64,000 bases of DNA from Pseudomonadales bacterium (GCA_045106985.1 JBGCFQ010000020.1:138429-202428), one strand, 5' to 3'; positions 1 to 9,784 are shown, numbered from the stretch's first letter. Notes: generated from the letters alone by a model not told the origin. Translations and numbers: made by a program.

Positions 1-1201
1 GCTTCTTGCGAATCCCACGAATTCGACCCAATAGATCACCTTTTTGATTTTTATCTACCAAAGGTATGAGGCGGTAGCCAACTTCAAGACCAATTCTGTC
101 AACCGGTGCAACATCATCCCAACCCAGCTCTGACGGTTCGGCCGGTACGTCCGTCACCGGCGCTGTCTCTACAGGCTCTGGCTCAGCGTTATCGGCGATG
201 TTTTTTTGATTTACGTAATAAGCGCCACCGCCAGCTGCAGCAGCCAGCAATAGGAAGGCTACGTGAGGCATTCCTGGAATCGATCCCATCAAGGCCAAAA
301 TACCAGCCGCAATACTAAGAGCCCGTGGTGATTGAAACATTTGGCTGTAAATTTGCTGCCCCATGTCTTTAGATGTATTGACTCGGGTTACCATAATCGC
401 TGCTGAGCTGGACAGCAGCAGCGATGGGATTTGAGCTACCAAACCATCTCCGATAGTCAGCAGCGAGTATTTTTGCATAGCATCTGCAAACTCGAGACTA
501 TGCTGTGCCATGCCTATGCCAAGACCGCCAATTAGGTTAATTAGCAGAATAAGAATGCCCGCTACCGCGTCACCACGTACAAATTTACTGGCGCCATCCA
601 TAGCGCCATAAAAATCGGCTTCATGAGAAACATCTTCTCGCCGAACGCGAGCTTGCTCCTGATCAATCAGACCCGCATTCATATCGGCATCGATTGCCAT
701 TTGTTTGCCTGGCATTGCGTCAAGAGTAAAACGAGCGCTGACTTCGGAAATGCGCCCCGCACCTTTTGTCACAACAACGAAATTAATGATTATGAGGATT
801 GTAAAAACGACAAGACCGACTGCGTAGTTGCCACCAATAACGACTTCGCCAAAGGCCTCAATAACTTTGCCCGCCGATGCGCCACCTGTATGCCCTTCTA
901 GCAACACTACTCGAGTGGATGCCACGTTTAAGGCGAGCCGAAGCAGGGTTGCGACCAGTAGGACCGTAGGGAAAACAGCGAAATCCAGCGGACGCAACGC
1001 ATAAACAGCAACCAATAGAACAACAATGGCAAGCGCGATATTGAACGAGAAAAATACGTCGAGCAAAAACGGCGGCACCGGCAAGGTCATCATGCCAAGG
1101 ATAATAAGCAGCAGTAACGGAACCCCGAAATTGCCCTGTACTAAAATCCTGGCGTTATTGGCGATTGTCGCCGCGCTCGATTGTTGACTTACTGCTTCCA
1201 T
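1..1201 (-). CDS. flhA: Flagellar export gate protein FlhA (N-terminal ~400 aa; 3' end runs off the window)
   Basis: This gene is absent from the ORF track because it has no stop in the window. My reverse translation from the ATG at 1201..1199 reads MEAVSQQSSAATIANNARILVQGNFGVPLLLLIILGMMTLPVPPFLLDVFFSFNIALAIV and later RFTLDAMPGKQMAIDADMNAGLIDQEQAR, which is the conserved FlhA membrane core. It lies downstream of flhB. Confidence 0.9.
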   Translation of the reverse strand, partial: MEAVSQQSSAATIANNARILVQGNFGVPLLLLIILGMMTLPVPPFLLDVFFSFNIALAIVVLLVAVYALRPLDFAVFPTVLLVATLLRLALNVASTRVVLLEGHTGGASAGKVIEAFGEVVIGGNYAVGLVVFTILIIINFVVVTKGAGRISEVSARFTLDAMPGKQMAIDADMNAGLIDQEQARVRREDVSHEADFYGAMDGASKFVRGDAVAGILILLINLIGGLGIGMAQHSLEFADAMQKYSLLTIGDGLVAQIPSLLLSSSAAIMVTRVNTSKDMGQQIYSQMFQSPRALSIAAGILALMGSIPGMPHVAFLLLAAAAGGGAYYVNQKNIADNAEPEPVETAPVTDVPAEPSELGWDDVAPVDRIGLEVGYRLIPLVDKNQKGDLLGRIRGIRKK

Positions 1202-1467
1202 ATTATGGCGATTGAAAGCCTGCCAATTATCTGACAGATTCTCCGCTCACACTCCGTTGTGACCATTTACCTGGGTGTTTTATAAACTGATGGTTCTTAT
1301 CCATGACAAAAAATTGTCATTTTCGACGTTAAACTGTTTAATCATCAGTTGCCCACTCTTCTACTGCAAAATTCGTGCTCAAGCTGAATTTTTTGTTCTC
1401 TATTTTTTTGGTTCGGACCAACGGCGCGTTTAGCTAAGGTATTCGCACCCCAAGCAACTCATGAGGG

Positions 1468-2592
1468 TTAGTCGTATTGAAGCTCTTCGGGAATTTCTAT
1501 CTCGCCCAGCTTCGCTTGCTTACCAATAAGGGTGTTTTTAATCTGGAATACGTACGCCAACACCTGAGCCACAGCAAGGAACAACTTGTCTGGTATTTGC
1601 TCACCAATTTCAGTGGTAAAATAAAGTGAGCGCGCCAAAGCAGGAACTTCTACCAACTCTACACCGTTAGCATTTGCAACTTCTCGTATTTTCATTGCTA
1701 TTAGGTCAACACCCTTTGCAACTACAATGGGAGCCGACGAGCTTTCACTGGCATACTTCAAAGCCACCGAGTAATGGGTTGGGTTTGTTATTACCACATC
1801 TGCATCAGGAATGTCGCTCATCATTCTGGCTCTAGCGAACTCACGTTGCAATTGTCGTATGCGTCCTTTAACTTCTGGACGTCCCTCCGTTTCCTTCATC
1901 TCGTCTTTGACTTGCTGCATCGTCATTCTCAGCTTCTTTACATGCTGCTGAATCTGAAAAGGCACATCTATTGCCGCGATTAGCAGCATTCCGAGAGAAA
2001 TTAGAATAGTCGCTGTTCCGATGTCTGTACTCGCCGCAACTATCGCGTCACGTACGCCAAGTCTCTCCATCAACAATAGATCGGCACTAAAATAGTTCAG
2101 GCAGAACCAAGCAATAGTCCCTACCAGAATCACTTTACCGATCGCCTTGAATAACTCCATCACCGAGTTAACGGAGAACATGCGCTTTAACCCTTTTAGG
2201 GGATTTATACGGTCTAACTTCGGCGCCAGGGCCTTAGCGCTGAAACCCCAACCACCGAGCAACATTGGTCCAGCAACACCTAGAATAAAAAGGGCTGCAA
2301 GCAAAGGTAACGTTGTGTAAGCCACATCATCGATATTACGCTGTAATATCAGAATCATGGCAGAGGGGTCGAAAATTTCTTCGCGAGTTGGAGTGAAGCT
2401 CTCCCGCATTGAACGCGACAAGCCGCTCGCCAAGTTGCCATACCACAACCATACTGCGACAGTGCCACCGATCAGCAGAACCGCTGTGCTTAATTCTCGG
2501 GACCTCGCTATCTGCCCCTCTTTGCGCGCCTCTTCGAGGCGTTTGGGGGTGGGTTCTTCGGTCTTCTCCTGGCTAAGATCTTCCTCGGCCAA
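1468..2592 (-). CDS. flhB: Flagellar export switch protein FlhB
   Basis: 374-aa ORF with four TM segments and the NPTH autocleavage motif (VVITNPTHYSVAL). It sits in the fliR...flhA context. Confidence 0.93.
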   Translation of the reverse strand: MAEEDLSQEKTEEPTPKRLEEARKEGQIARSRELSTAVLLIGGTVAVWLWYGNLASGLSRSMRESFTPTREEIFDPSAMILILQRNIDDVAYTTLPLLAALFILGVAGPMLLGGWGFSAKALAPKLDRINPLKGLKRMFSVNSVMELFKAIGKVILVGTIAWFCLNYFSADLLLMERLGVRDAIVAASTDIGTATILISLGMLLIAAIDVPFQIQQHVKKLRMTMQQVKDEMKETEGRPEVKGRIRQLQREFARARMMSDIPDADVVITNPTHYSVALKYASESSSAPIVVAKGVDLIAMKIREVANANGVELVEVPALARSLYFTTEIGEQIPDKLFLAVAQVLAYVFQIKNTLIGKQAKLGEIEIPEELQYD

Positions 2593-2637
2593 GCTTGCTC
2601 CTCGTCAACAATATGACACTAACGTCCATTTGGAAGT

Positions 2638-3174
2638 TTAGGATGCAATATCTTGTCCAGTTTCTGTCTTTTTTGAAAACAGTTTAGCTTTTGCCGTAAA
2701 AGGCACAATGCCGCTGTATCGCCCGAGGGCCTGTTGCAAGTTTTGTTGGCCAACCCTACTGGCCCTGCACGCAATTAGGAGGTGACCTGGCTGCAATCTC
2801 GATATCGCCTTGCGAAGTCTGGAGGGCGCAGTAGTGCGACTAAAACAGCCGCCGGCCCATGCGCCGATCAAGCCCGACATAAACACTAGGCTGGAATAAG
2901 CGACTATTCCAGAGCTCGAATTTATTGGCATGAAGAGCGCGCAGGCGAGTGCCGAACTTGCAGCTGCTCCCAGTCCAAAACTGGCTTTCGGCATATTCGA
3001 CGCTGGCATGTCAACGGTACGAGCCGTTGTCTGGCACTTCACCCCTCCGGAGGGACTCTTTGAATAGACATCCAAAATGAACATCCCCTCCTCCGAGTTT
3101 ATTGCCGCTCTTAGAATATCTGCAATCAAACTCTCATCGTCACAACGGTAGTATTGGTAAATAGTTTTGCTCAT
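2638..3174 (-). CDS. Hypothetical small membrane protein (glycine-zipper-like hydrophobic core) inserted between fliR and flhB
   Basis: The ORF spans 2638..3219. I prefer the internal ATG at 3174 because it is preceded by GAAGG (MSKTIYQYYRCDD...). There is a hydrophobic Gly/Ala/Ser-rich stretch (FGLGAAASSALACALF...SGLIGAWAGGCF). I recognise no family. Confidence 0.5.
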   Translation of the reverse strand: MSKTIYQYYRCDDESLIADILRAAINSEEGMFILDVYSKSPSGGVKCQTTARTVDMPASNMPKASFGLGAAASSALACALFMPINSSSGIVAYSSLVFMSGLIGAWAGGCFSRTTAPSRLRKAISRLQPGHLLIACRASRVGQQNLQQALGRYSGIVPFTAKAKLFSKKTETGQDIAS

Positions 3175-3389
3175 GTAACCTTCTGCGCGTTGCACAATTC
3201 CGTCAGGGCCTGCGCGCATGCTAACCCGTCATTTGTCTGAACTACAAGTACTCAGGTGAACCCAAAGCGCCTAGCTGTAACTAACTCATGAGAACTTCTT
3301 GAACGAGACACTCGAAAGGGAGAATTAGATGCTTAAGTAACTGTGATGCAAGCACTGCTTTCTAGCATAAAAAGCCTGATGTTAAGCAG

Positions 3390-4160
3390 TTAACCAATCA
3401 AGCTCATCGCTGCAAACGCCGCTTCCAGCAATTGCTGAAAAAAATGTGAAAAACCCGCTAAGGTATACCAAAGAAAAAAGCCACCAAGCACAATTGCCGT
3501 TGGGAAGCCAAGAGAAAAAACGTTCAACTGTGGAGCTGCCTTGGTCATCACGCCGAAAGCGAGATTAACTATTAGCAGAGCACTGACGGCTGGAAGTGCC
3601 AACAGCAGTGCATGAGCGAACATCCAGGTGCCCTGATGGAGCATACTCATCGCATTTGCGCCAACCAGCAGCTCTCCACCGGTTGGAAGGCGTTTGAAGC
3701 TGTCAAGCATGATCTCGATCATCACTAAATGGCCGTTCATTGCAAGGAACATAAGTGTTGTGAGGATTACAAAGAACTGGGAAACCACCGCGACCGAAAC
3801 GCCGTTTGACGGATCAACCATAGAGGCGAAGCCTAAGCCCATTTGCATCGCGATCATTTGACCTGTAATTACAAACACGTGAAAAAATATCTGCAGGCTA
3901 AAACCAAAAAGAACACCCACCAAGACTTCCTGAACTACTGCGACAGCGGTTTGCAGATTAAACCCCGGATCGAATTGTAGGGCTGGCAGCAGTGGTACAA
4001 TAATAGAAGTAATCAATAGCGCCAGAATCATCCGAACGTTACTGGGCACCATGCGTGTGCCCAGTATTGGCACCACCATGAAAAAGGCCGCTATACGAAA
4101 CAGTGGTAACACGTAGCTGGCCACCAATGCTTCAATATCAGAAAGAGCAAATTCAATCAT
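3390..4160 (-). CDS. fliR: Flagellar export apparatus protein FliR
   Basis: 256-aa polytopic membrane ORF. Its start abuts the fliQ stop at 4160. Gene order is fliPQR. Confidence 0.9.
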   Translation of the reverse strand: MIEFALSDIEALVASYVLPLFRIAAFFMVVPILGTRMVPSNVRMILALLITSIIVPLLPALQFDPGFNLQTAVAVVQEVLVGVLFGFSLQIFFHVFVITGQMIAMQMGLGFASMVDPSNGVSVAVVSQFFVILTTLMFLAMNGHLVMIEIMLDSFKRLPTGGELLVGANAMSMLHQGTWMFAHALLLALPAVSALLIVNLAFGVMTKAAPQLNVFSLGFPTAIVLGGFFLWYTLAGFSHFFQQLLEAAFAAMSLIG

Positions 4161-4429
4161 TAGCCAATTAACAACGGAATGCTGCCGATCAATTTTTCTG
4201 TAAATTGGCTCAAGCGCATTAAAATATACGGGCCAGCGAACATCATCGCTAAGAATGTCGTTAGCAAACGCGGCAAGAAACTCAATGTTTGCTCATTAAT
4301 CTGAGTTGCCGCCTGAAAGACACTCACTATCAAGCCCACACCCAAACTGGGGATAATCATTATGCACACAAGTAGAATGATCAGATAGAGCGCTTCCCTT
4401 AGTAAATCAAGGACAACTTCTGGAGTCAT
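4160..4429 (-). CDS. fliQ: Flagellar export apparatus protein FliQ
   Basis: 89-aa ORF with two TM segments (LIILLVCIMIIPSLGVGLIVSVFQAATQINEQTLSF), which is the FliQ/SctS signature. Confidence 0.92.
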   Translation of the reverse strand: MTPEVVLDLLREALYLIILLVCIMIIPSLGVGLIVSVFQAATQINEQTLSFLPRLLTTFLAMMFAGPYILMRLSQFTEKLIGSIPLLIG

Positions 4430-4468
4430 ATGGCAACTCTTTTTTTAGTTTTCATAACATACTCGTTG

Positions 4469-5269
4469 TTAAACAACAAACGAAGAAGCTAAGGTACCAA
4501 TAATCAAAGCCCAGCCGTCTACGAGTACAAATAGCATTATTTTGAACGGTAGCGAGATGATAATAGGCGATAACATCATCATACCCATTGCCATCAAGAC
4601 ACTGGCAACCACGAGATCTATAACCAAGAAGGGAATGAATAGAAGAAAACCTATTTGAAAAGCTGTTTTTAGTTCGCTTGTTACGAATGCAGGTGCCAAA
4701 ATTGTAAAAGGCACGTCATCCGGGGTATCGACCTGCGGGTGATCTGCGATCCTTAGAAAAAGATCCAGGTCAGATTCCCGAGTTTGGGCCATCATAAAAT
4801 CTCTGAACGGACCGGACGCGGTTTCTAGAGCATCCATCGAGTTCATTTCTTCAGCCAGATAGGGCTTTACCGCCAGCTCGTTTATTTGGCTAAACACCGG
4901 CGCCATAATAAAGAGAGTGAGGAACAGAGCCAAACCGAGCAGTATTTGATTCGATGGTGTTTGTTGTAGGCCTAGGGCTTGACGCAATATAGCAAAAGTA
5001 ATAATGATGCGTGTGAACGACGTCATCATCATCAATATAGACGGCAACAAACTCAGTACCGTCATAAAGGCCAGTATTTGAATTGTTACGCTGTAGTCAG
5101 AGCTGCCGTCCTGGTTACTAATTACTTTCATCGCTGGAATCGCCGATATACCGGCGGATGCAACAGACTCCAATGCAGACGGTGTGACAGATGCTGCGTC
5201 AGATTGCGCAAAACTCTGGCCGGAAAATGCCAGAAAAAGTGCGAAAACTAATACGCCAATTATGCTCAT
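4469..5269 (-). CDS. fliP: Flagellar export apparatus protein FliP
   Basis: The ORF extends to 5368, but that part overlaps fliO. The ATG at 5269 gives [21 protein letters not shown], a signal peptide typical of FliP. The conserved core includes [28 protein letters not shown]. Confidence 0.9.
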   Translation of the reverse strand: MSIIGVLVFALFLAFSGQSFAQSDAASVTPSALESVASAGISAIPAMKVISNQDGSSDYSVTIQILAFMTVLSLLPSILMMMTSFTRIIITFAILRQALGLQQTPSNQILLGLALFLTLFIMAPVFSQINELAVKPYLAEEMNSMDALETASGPFRDFMMAQTRESDLDLFLRIADHPQVDTPDDVPFTILAPAFVTSELKTAFQIGFLLFIPFLVIDLVVASVLMAMGMMMLSPIIISLPFKIMLFVLVDGWALIIGTLASSFVV

Positions 5270-5297
5270 GATGCCAGCCCCTTGGACAGGCTTACGA

Positions 5298-5645
5298 CTA
5301 TTCACTGGCTTTTCCTTTTGGCAACAAACTGGCCAACTGCCTTGCGAATGGTGTGCCAATCTCCGCATCGTTCTCTGTTAGCACCGGCTCCGCAAAAACA
5401 TGGAGCTGCGATACCCGACCAGGTGCTACACCAAGCAGCATTTGAGTATCACCCGCTTGAACTAAAAGCGCTCGTTCTCGCGTTCCCAGTGACATCGAGG
5501 CCAGCACTTTTAGTTTGGCACCGCTAGGCTGGTTTATGTTGGACAAGCGTTTAATAAGCCATAGGCAACCAATAATTAAGCCAACTACTAGTAGCAAACT
5601 TAAAAGCAAATTTCCAATTTGGGAAGCCTCAGGGAACTCGCTCAT
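5298..5645 (-). CDS. fliO: Flagellar protein FliO
   Basis: 115-aa ORF with a single N-terminal TM segment. It lies between fliN and fliP and overlaps the fliN stop by 4 nt. Confidence 0.8.
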   Translation of the reverse strand: MSEFPEASQIGNLLLSLLLVVGLIIGCLWLIKRLSNINQPSGAKLKVLASMSLGTRERALLVQAGDTQMLLGVAPGRVSQLHVFAEPVLTENDAEIGTPFARQLASLLPKGKASE

Positions 5646-6004
5646 AGTTTCTGAATACGCTCAGACGGGCTAATGACGTCAGTCATACGAATACCGAATT
5701 TTTCATTAACAACGACTACTTCACCGTGTGCGATTAGTGTGCCGTTTACCAGCACGTCCAGTGGTTCTCCTGCCATTCGTTCCAGCTCGATCACGGAACC
5801 TTGATTTAGTTGCAATAATTTTCTAATTGGCATTTTCGTAGCACCAACTTCCATCGAAACAGTAACAGGAATATCCAGAATCACATCAAGCTGCGGGACT
5901 GCGTCACTATTCATATCGTTGGCAGCCAAACTTTCGAGCTCTGCGACTTCGGCAGCTTGCTCTTGCTCCCCTGCTGTAGGCTCCGTTGCTTCATTACCAT
6001 CCAT
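5642..6004 (-). CDS. fliN: Flagellar motor switch protein FliN
   Basis: 120-aa ORF with a C-terminal SpoA-type sequence (LDIPVTVSMEVGATKMPIRKLLQLNQGSVIELERMAGEPLDVLVNG). Confidence 0.92.
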   Translation of the reverse strand: MDGNEATEPTAGEQEQAAEVAELESLAANDMNSDAVPQLDVILDIPVTVSMEVGATKMPIRKLLQLNQGSVIELERMAGEPLDVLVNGTLIAHGEVVVVNEKFGIRMTDVISPSERIQKL

Positions 6005-6067
6005 TGTTTACTCCTAGTCCTTTAATGCTGTTTTGCTAATCGTTAATTTGAAAGTACACCGGTAAAT

Positions 6068-7057
6068 CTACCCGGCTTGATCAGTAAGTTTTTCTTTAAT
6101 CTGCACCGCCAGGCGATCGCCTGAAACTCCAAATTTTCCGCTATACAGTAATCGGTTACCGGCCAGTATGCTGACCTGATCAGGTAGATCTATCGGTATT
6201 ACATCGCCTTCTTGTAAATCCAATATATCCCGCAATGATATTTTTCGTTCCGCAACTTTGCAGCTGATATCTACATCCGCATACATTAACTCTCGTTGAA
6301 GAACTTCAGACCAATGGTCATCCGTCATATCAACATCTGTCTTAATTCCGGCGCCTAGAGTGTCTTTAATGGGCTCGACCATGCTCAAAGGCATTACAAT
6401 ATGAAACTCGCCGCTATCACCGTCAAGGTCAACCTCAAAGCGACTCACAATAACGGATTCACTAGGACTTAAAACGTTGGTCAGCAGAGGGTTGCATTCG
6501 TGCCCCTTCGTTACGGGCTGAAATTCAACCACGGACTGCCATGCCTGCTTTATATCCAGAAAGCTCGCGGATATAACCCGGCTTATGATTCGTTGTTCGG
6601 TAAGTGTAAACTCACGATTCTCTATCTTGGATGTTTTCCCACTGCCACCAAAAAACAGATCAACCAATTTAAATACAAGAGTGGCGTCTAACGTTAGCAG
6701 GCCTCGACCATAAAGCGGCGCAAACTCTATCCAATTCAGGCTGGCGGGCACGTAAAGGCTGCTCGCATACTCCGAGTACTTTTGAACTTCAAGTTTTAAC
6801 GGTTGAACATCGCAATTACGTTGCAACATGTCAGACAAGCTGCTTCTGAAAAAACGAGCGAAACGCTCATTGAGCATCTCTAAGGTTGGCATGCGGCCAC
6901 GAACAATCTTGTCTTGCTCAGCGAAATCAAAGGACTTTGCCTCACCGTCAAGGACAGAGCGCTCAGTTTCTACATTGCCATCATCAACACCGGTTAGAAG
7001 TGTATCTATTTCTTCCTTACTGAGAAGCTCATTAGAGTTCTCTTTATCTTCACTCAT
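6068..7057 (-). CDS. fliM: Flagellar motor switch protein FliM
   Basis: 329-aa ORF. The N-terminal LSKEEIDTLL is the CheY-P-binding-type motif. The middle and C-terminal regions are FliM-like. Confidence 0.93.
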   Translation of the reverse strand: MSEDKENSNELLSKEEIDTLLTGVDDGNVETERSVLDGEAKSFDFAEQDKIVRGRMPTLEMLNERFARFFRSSLSDMLQRNCDVQPLKLEVQKYSEYASSLYVPASLNWIEFAPLYGRGLLTLDATLVFKLVDLFFGGSGKTSKIENREFTLTEQRIISRVISASFLDIKQAWQSVVEFQPVTKGHECNPLLTNVLSPSESVIVSRFEVDLDGDSGEFHIVMPLSMVEPIKDTLGAGIKTDVDMTDDHWSEVLQRELMYADVDISCKVAERKISLRDILDLQEGDVIPIDLPDQVSILAGNRLLYSGKFGVSGDRLAVQIKEKLTDQAG

Positions 7058-7545
7058 TGAAGAACGAAATCCGTGAAGAAAATCTGCTCAATGCCCGGCT
7101 TGCCCAGCTCTTTTTGGATAACGCCCTGACACACTTCGAGGGCAGCTTGACGCAGAGCGTCTTTACCATCAGCGGTTCTAAGGGCGTCGAAATCCGCGGC
7201 GCCGAACAACATAACAAGCTCGTTGCGCAAGGCTGGCATATGATTGTTCATTGCGACACGAGTTTCGTCATCACGCGTCATACCAGACACCACGATTTTC
7301 ATGAATCGTTTTTTGCCGTTGACCGTATAGTTGCTGATGAAATCTGGTTTAAATTCGATGTATTGCGCGGGCAGCGCCGAAACATCAACTGTTTCCTTTT
7401 CCGCGCTTTCATCATCTCCACCACCCAGCATGCCGCTGAAATATGCGCCCGCCCCTCCACCAGCTAACACAACAACCAAGCCAATAATCAGCGGTAGTTT
7501 GCTTTTCTTTTTCTCTTCTTCGCCTGTTTGTTCTGTAGCAGCCAT
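7054..7545 (-). CDS. fliL: Flagellar basal-body-associated protein FliL
   Basis: The ORF extends to 7593, but that start lies inside the predicted sigma54 promoter. The ATG at 7545 is preceded by AAGGAAGCAAGG. The product begins MAATEQTGEEEKKKSKLPLIIGLVVVLAGG, with a single TM segment. Confidence 0.88.
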   Translation of the reverse strand: MAATEQTGEEEKKKSKLPLIIGLVVVLAGGGAGAYFSGMLGGGDDESAEKETVDVSALPAQYIEFKPDFISNYTVNGKKRFMKIVVSGMTRDDETRVAMNNHMPALRNELVMLFGAADFDALRTADGKDALRQAALEVCQGVIQKELGKPGIEQIFFTDFVLQ

Positions 7546-7588
7546 CCTTGCTTCCTTGTGCAATCTGTTTAGGTAACAGATCTTAAAG

Positions 7589-7604
7589 AGCAAGAGCTAT
7601 GCCA
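7589..7604 (-). promoter_or_regulatory. Sigma54 (RpoN) -24/-12 promoter for fliL
   Basis: The minus strand reads TGGCATAGCTCTTGCT against the consensus TGGCAC-N5-TTGCW. The GG-to-GC offset is 12 nt. The site is about 45 nt upstream of the fliL ATG. Confidence 0.7.
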
Positions 7605-7691
7605 CAACTGTGACTTCGACGCTATCTTATTGTTTTTATTGAATTACTATTGTAATGAGACTCTTCTTCTGGCTAACTAATGTTCAAACCC

Positions 7692-7705
7692 GTCAATTTA
7701 CTGGC
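7692..7705. promoter_or_regulatory. FleQ-box-like enhancer site upstream of the fliL promoter
   Basis: GTCAATTTACTGGC matches the reverse complement of the P. aeruginosa FleQ consensus as I recall it (GTCaNTAAATTGAC, reverse complement GTCAATTTANTGAC) at 13 of 14 positions. It lies about 90 nt upstream of the sigma54 element. Confidence 0.5.
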
Positions 7706-7732
7706 GGTCATTACAAAGCCTCGCAAGGGTTT

Positions 7733-9784
7733 TCAGGCATAAGCGTCAATTCCACCGTCTCTTTCTGGCGTCTTACCAACAGAACTATTGTCGATTGCTG
7801 TGTCACTTCCGGTCCCTGGCGCGCGGTCAGCTGTCTGTTGTGGACTTTCGGGCATTGATTGCTCGTCTGAATCCTGTTGCTCGACACTAGTATCCCCTAA
7901 CTCAATTCCCATTGATTCCAAGTGTTCACGAAGCCTAGGTAAACTTGCTTCGATTAACTCGCGCGCTGCGCTTGTTTGAGTCAGAAAGCTCACTGATGTC
8001 TGTTTCTCATCGGAACTCACCTGAATCTGTAGTGAGCCTAACTCTGGAGGATCGACCCGAATTTCCGCCACTTGTGCCGCGTTGGTCATCATCCATTGAA
8101 TTCGTTGCCCCAACTGCGGCACAGTATTGCTTGCCGGGTTGCTTGCGTCCCCCATATTCAGGGCGAAGCTGGCCGACATCGTTGAACTAACAGCGGCTGA
8201 AAACCCGCTGTTCTGTCCGCTTGTGGCAAACGGCGCCGTAACCGGCCTGTCTGGCAGTTCCGCTACCGAGCTCGCTTCAGTAGAACGAGCTGCCGAGTCT
8301 ATAAACCGCACGTCAGACATCTTCGATAGCATCCCATCAGCATTAAATGAGGCAGTTCGAGCATTGGGTGAAAATTGACCGAGAATACTCGGGGCGACTG
8401 TGACTTGATTGCTAAAGTTCAGAGCATGACTCGTAGGCTGCACTGGCGTTGCCTGCACTAAATTCGTTGTGTTTGAGACGCTAGGCGACTGACGACTAGT
8501 TGGATCCGCGATTGGCACCGATGCGGCGTTAGAGAGCTCCTTCGCAGCATCATTTATGATGGAACCATTAGAGAGCAACTTAGCGGAATCGACAGAGCTG
8601 CTCATCGCATTGGTTAGATTAGAGAGCGGATTGGGCGAGCTCGCCGCAGCTAGAGCATCTTTTGACCCCCTACCAAGTGTACGCATCACATCGGGTTCTA
8701 TGGGTTTAGCCACTAGGGTGTCGGCTTCAATACCAGATGATTGTCTACCTATACGGGCGTGAACAAGCGCTTCGCTAGTACCGACGTTGAGTTCAAATGA
8801 GCCAGTGGCACGACCGGACGCAATAACAGCATCCCCAGCTGCCCCAAGCGTGGACCTGCGCGCCAAGAGTTGTTGTTCGTGTGGAATGCTAAGCGACTCT
8901 TGCGTATTTGAAGGTCCCTTGGACAATACGCTACTCGGAGTTGGCTGTTCCCCAAGAACTGTAGATTGACTGATGACTCGTGTTATTGGGCTCGAGCCAA
9001 GGCTGCCGGCTGTGGCATCTAAAGCCGGGCTTCGACCTTCAGCAGCCGCGAACACTGCACTGGATGTTGAAGTCGTCCACTTTTCAGAGCTTCTCAAGCT
9101 TCCAGTTTCAGTTTCACCAAAGGCGCGCAATGACGCCTTGCCAGCGGCATCGGCATTGGCAGCGACAGCTTCCGCTCGAGGAGTCACTGAAGCATTTGTA
9201 CTTCCAAGAGCAGCAGTACCGATCCCAAGTCCCTCTCTCGCACTAGCTGACATTTGGTCATCGCTTATTGGCGCATGCAGCTTTGACATGGTACCGGCCT
9301 GAACATTGGCATTTAAGATGTCGCTATTAAGCCCAATAAAAGTTGAGGGCTGCGCTTTTACAACTTTTGCGTTAATGGTGGCTTCAGTGCTGCCGCCATG
9401 CAGTACCTTCTGCAATGAAGTATCGTATAGTAGTTCTCGAGACACGACGCTTGAAGTGTCCAAAGGTGCAAAGGTAGCTCCTAAGCTAATTTCGAGCGAT
9501 GCTAAGGTTTGATCAATATCAATATCTTCAACGCGTAGACTAGCTGTCGTCACCGGCAAATTACTGCCATCTCCTGGCGGCAATAAGCTGCCAGAAGGAT
9601 TCGCTAGACCAGCAGCAAAGCTAGTTGGCGGTAATAGGTTATTGGCGGGCTGCAGTGACTGCAGGCTCTGATTTAAAACGCCATCAAAGCTTCCAGCGCC
9701 GGCTATTTGAAGTGCATTTGCGCCCTTCTGGCTTATGTTTCCAGTTAAAGCGGATAAAAATGAGAGTTGTACAGCATTGCTCAT
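7733..9784 (-). CDS. fliK: Flagellar hook-length control protein FliK
   Basis: The product is long, Ala/Ser/Thr-rich and low in complexity. Its C-terminal Flg_hook-type domain reads VAEIRVDPPELGSLQIQVSSDEKQTSVSFLTQTSAARELIEASLPRLREHLESMGIELG. The ORF extends to 9898 and I prefer the ATG at 9784 (MSNAVQLSF...), but the start is uncertain. Confidence 0.85.
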   Translation of the reverse strand: MSNAVQLSFLSALTGNISQKGANALQIAGAGSFDGVLNQSLQSLQPANNLLPPTSFAAGLANPSGSLLPPGDGSNLPVTTASLRVEDIDIDQTLASLEISLGATFAPLDTSSVVSRELLYDTSLQKVLHGGSTEATINAKVVKAQPSTFIGLNSDILNANVQAGTMSKLHAPISDDQMSASAREGLGIGTAALGSTNASVTPRAEAVAANADAAGKASLRAFGETETGSLRSSEKWTTSTSSAVFAAAEGRSPALDATAGSLGSSPITRVISQSTVLGEQPTPSSVLSKGPSNTQESLSIPHEQQLLARRSTLGAAGDAVIASGRATGSFELNVGTSEALVHARIGRQSSGIEADTLVAKPIEPDVMRTLGRGSKDALAAASSPNPLSNLTNAMSSSVDSAKLLSNGSIINDAAKELSNAASVPIADPTSRQSPSVSNTTNLVQATPVQPTSHALNFSNQVTVAPSILGQFSPNARTASFNADGMLSKMSDVRFIDSAARSTEASSVAELPDRPVTAPFATSGQNSGFSAAVSSTMSASFALNMGDASNPASNTVPQLGQRIQWMMTNAAQVAEIRVDPPELGSLQIQVSSDEKQTSVSFLTQTSAARELIEASLPRLREHLESMGIELGDTSVEQQDSDEQSMPESPQQTADRAPGTGSDTAIDNSSVGKTPERDGGIDAYA

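Noticed and set aside
7788-9512. A series of plus-strand ORFs of 60-109 aa (7788..7979, 7945..8190, 8127..8378, 8556..8762, 8787..8969, 8973..9302, 8980..9246, 9306..9512), plus the minus-strand ORF 8749..8955.
   Set aside because: All lie inside fliK. That gene is Ala/Ser/Thr-rich and low in complexity, so it generates long stop-free alternative frames. None has recognisable motifs or a ribosome-binding site.
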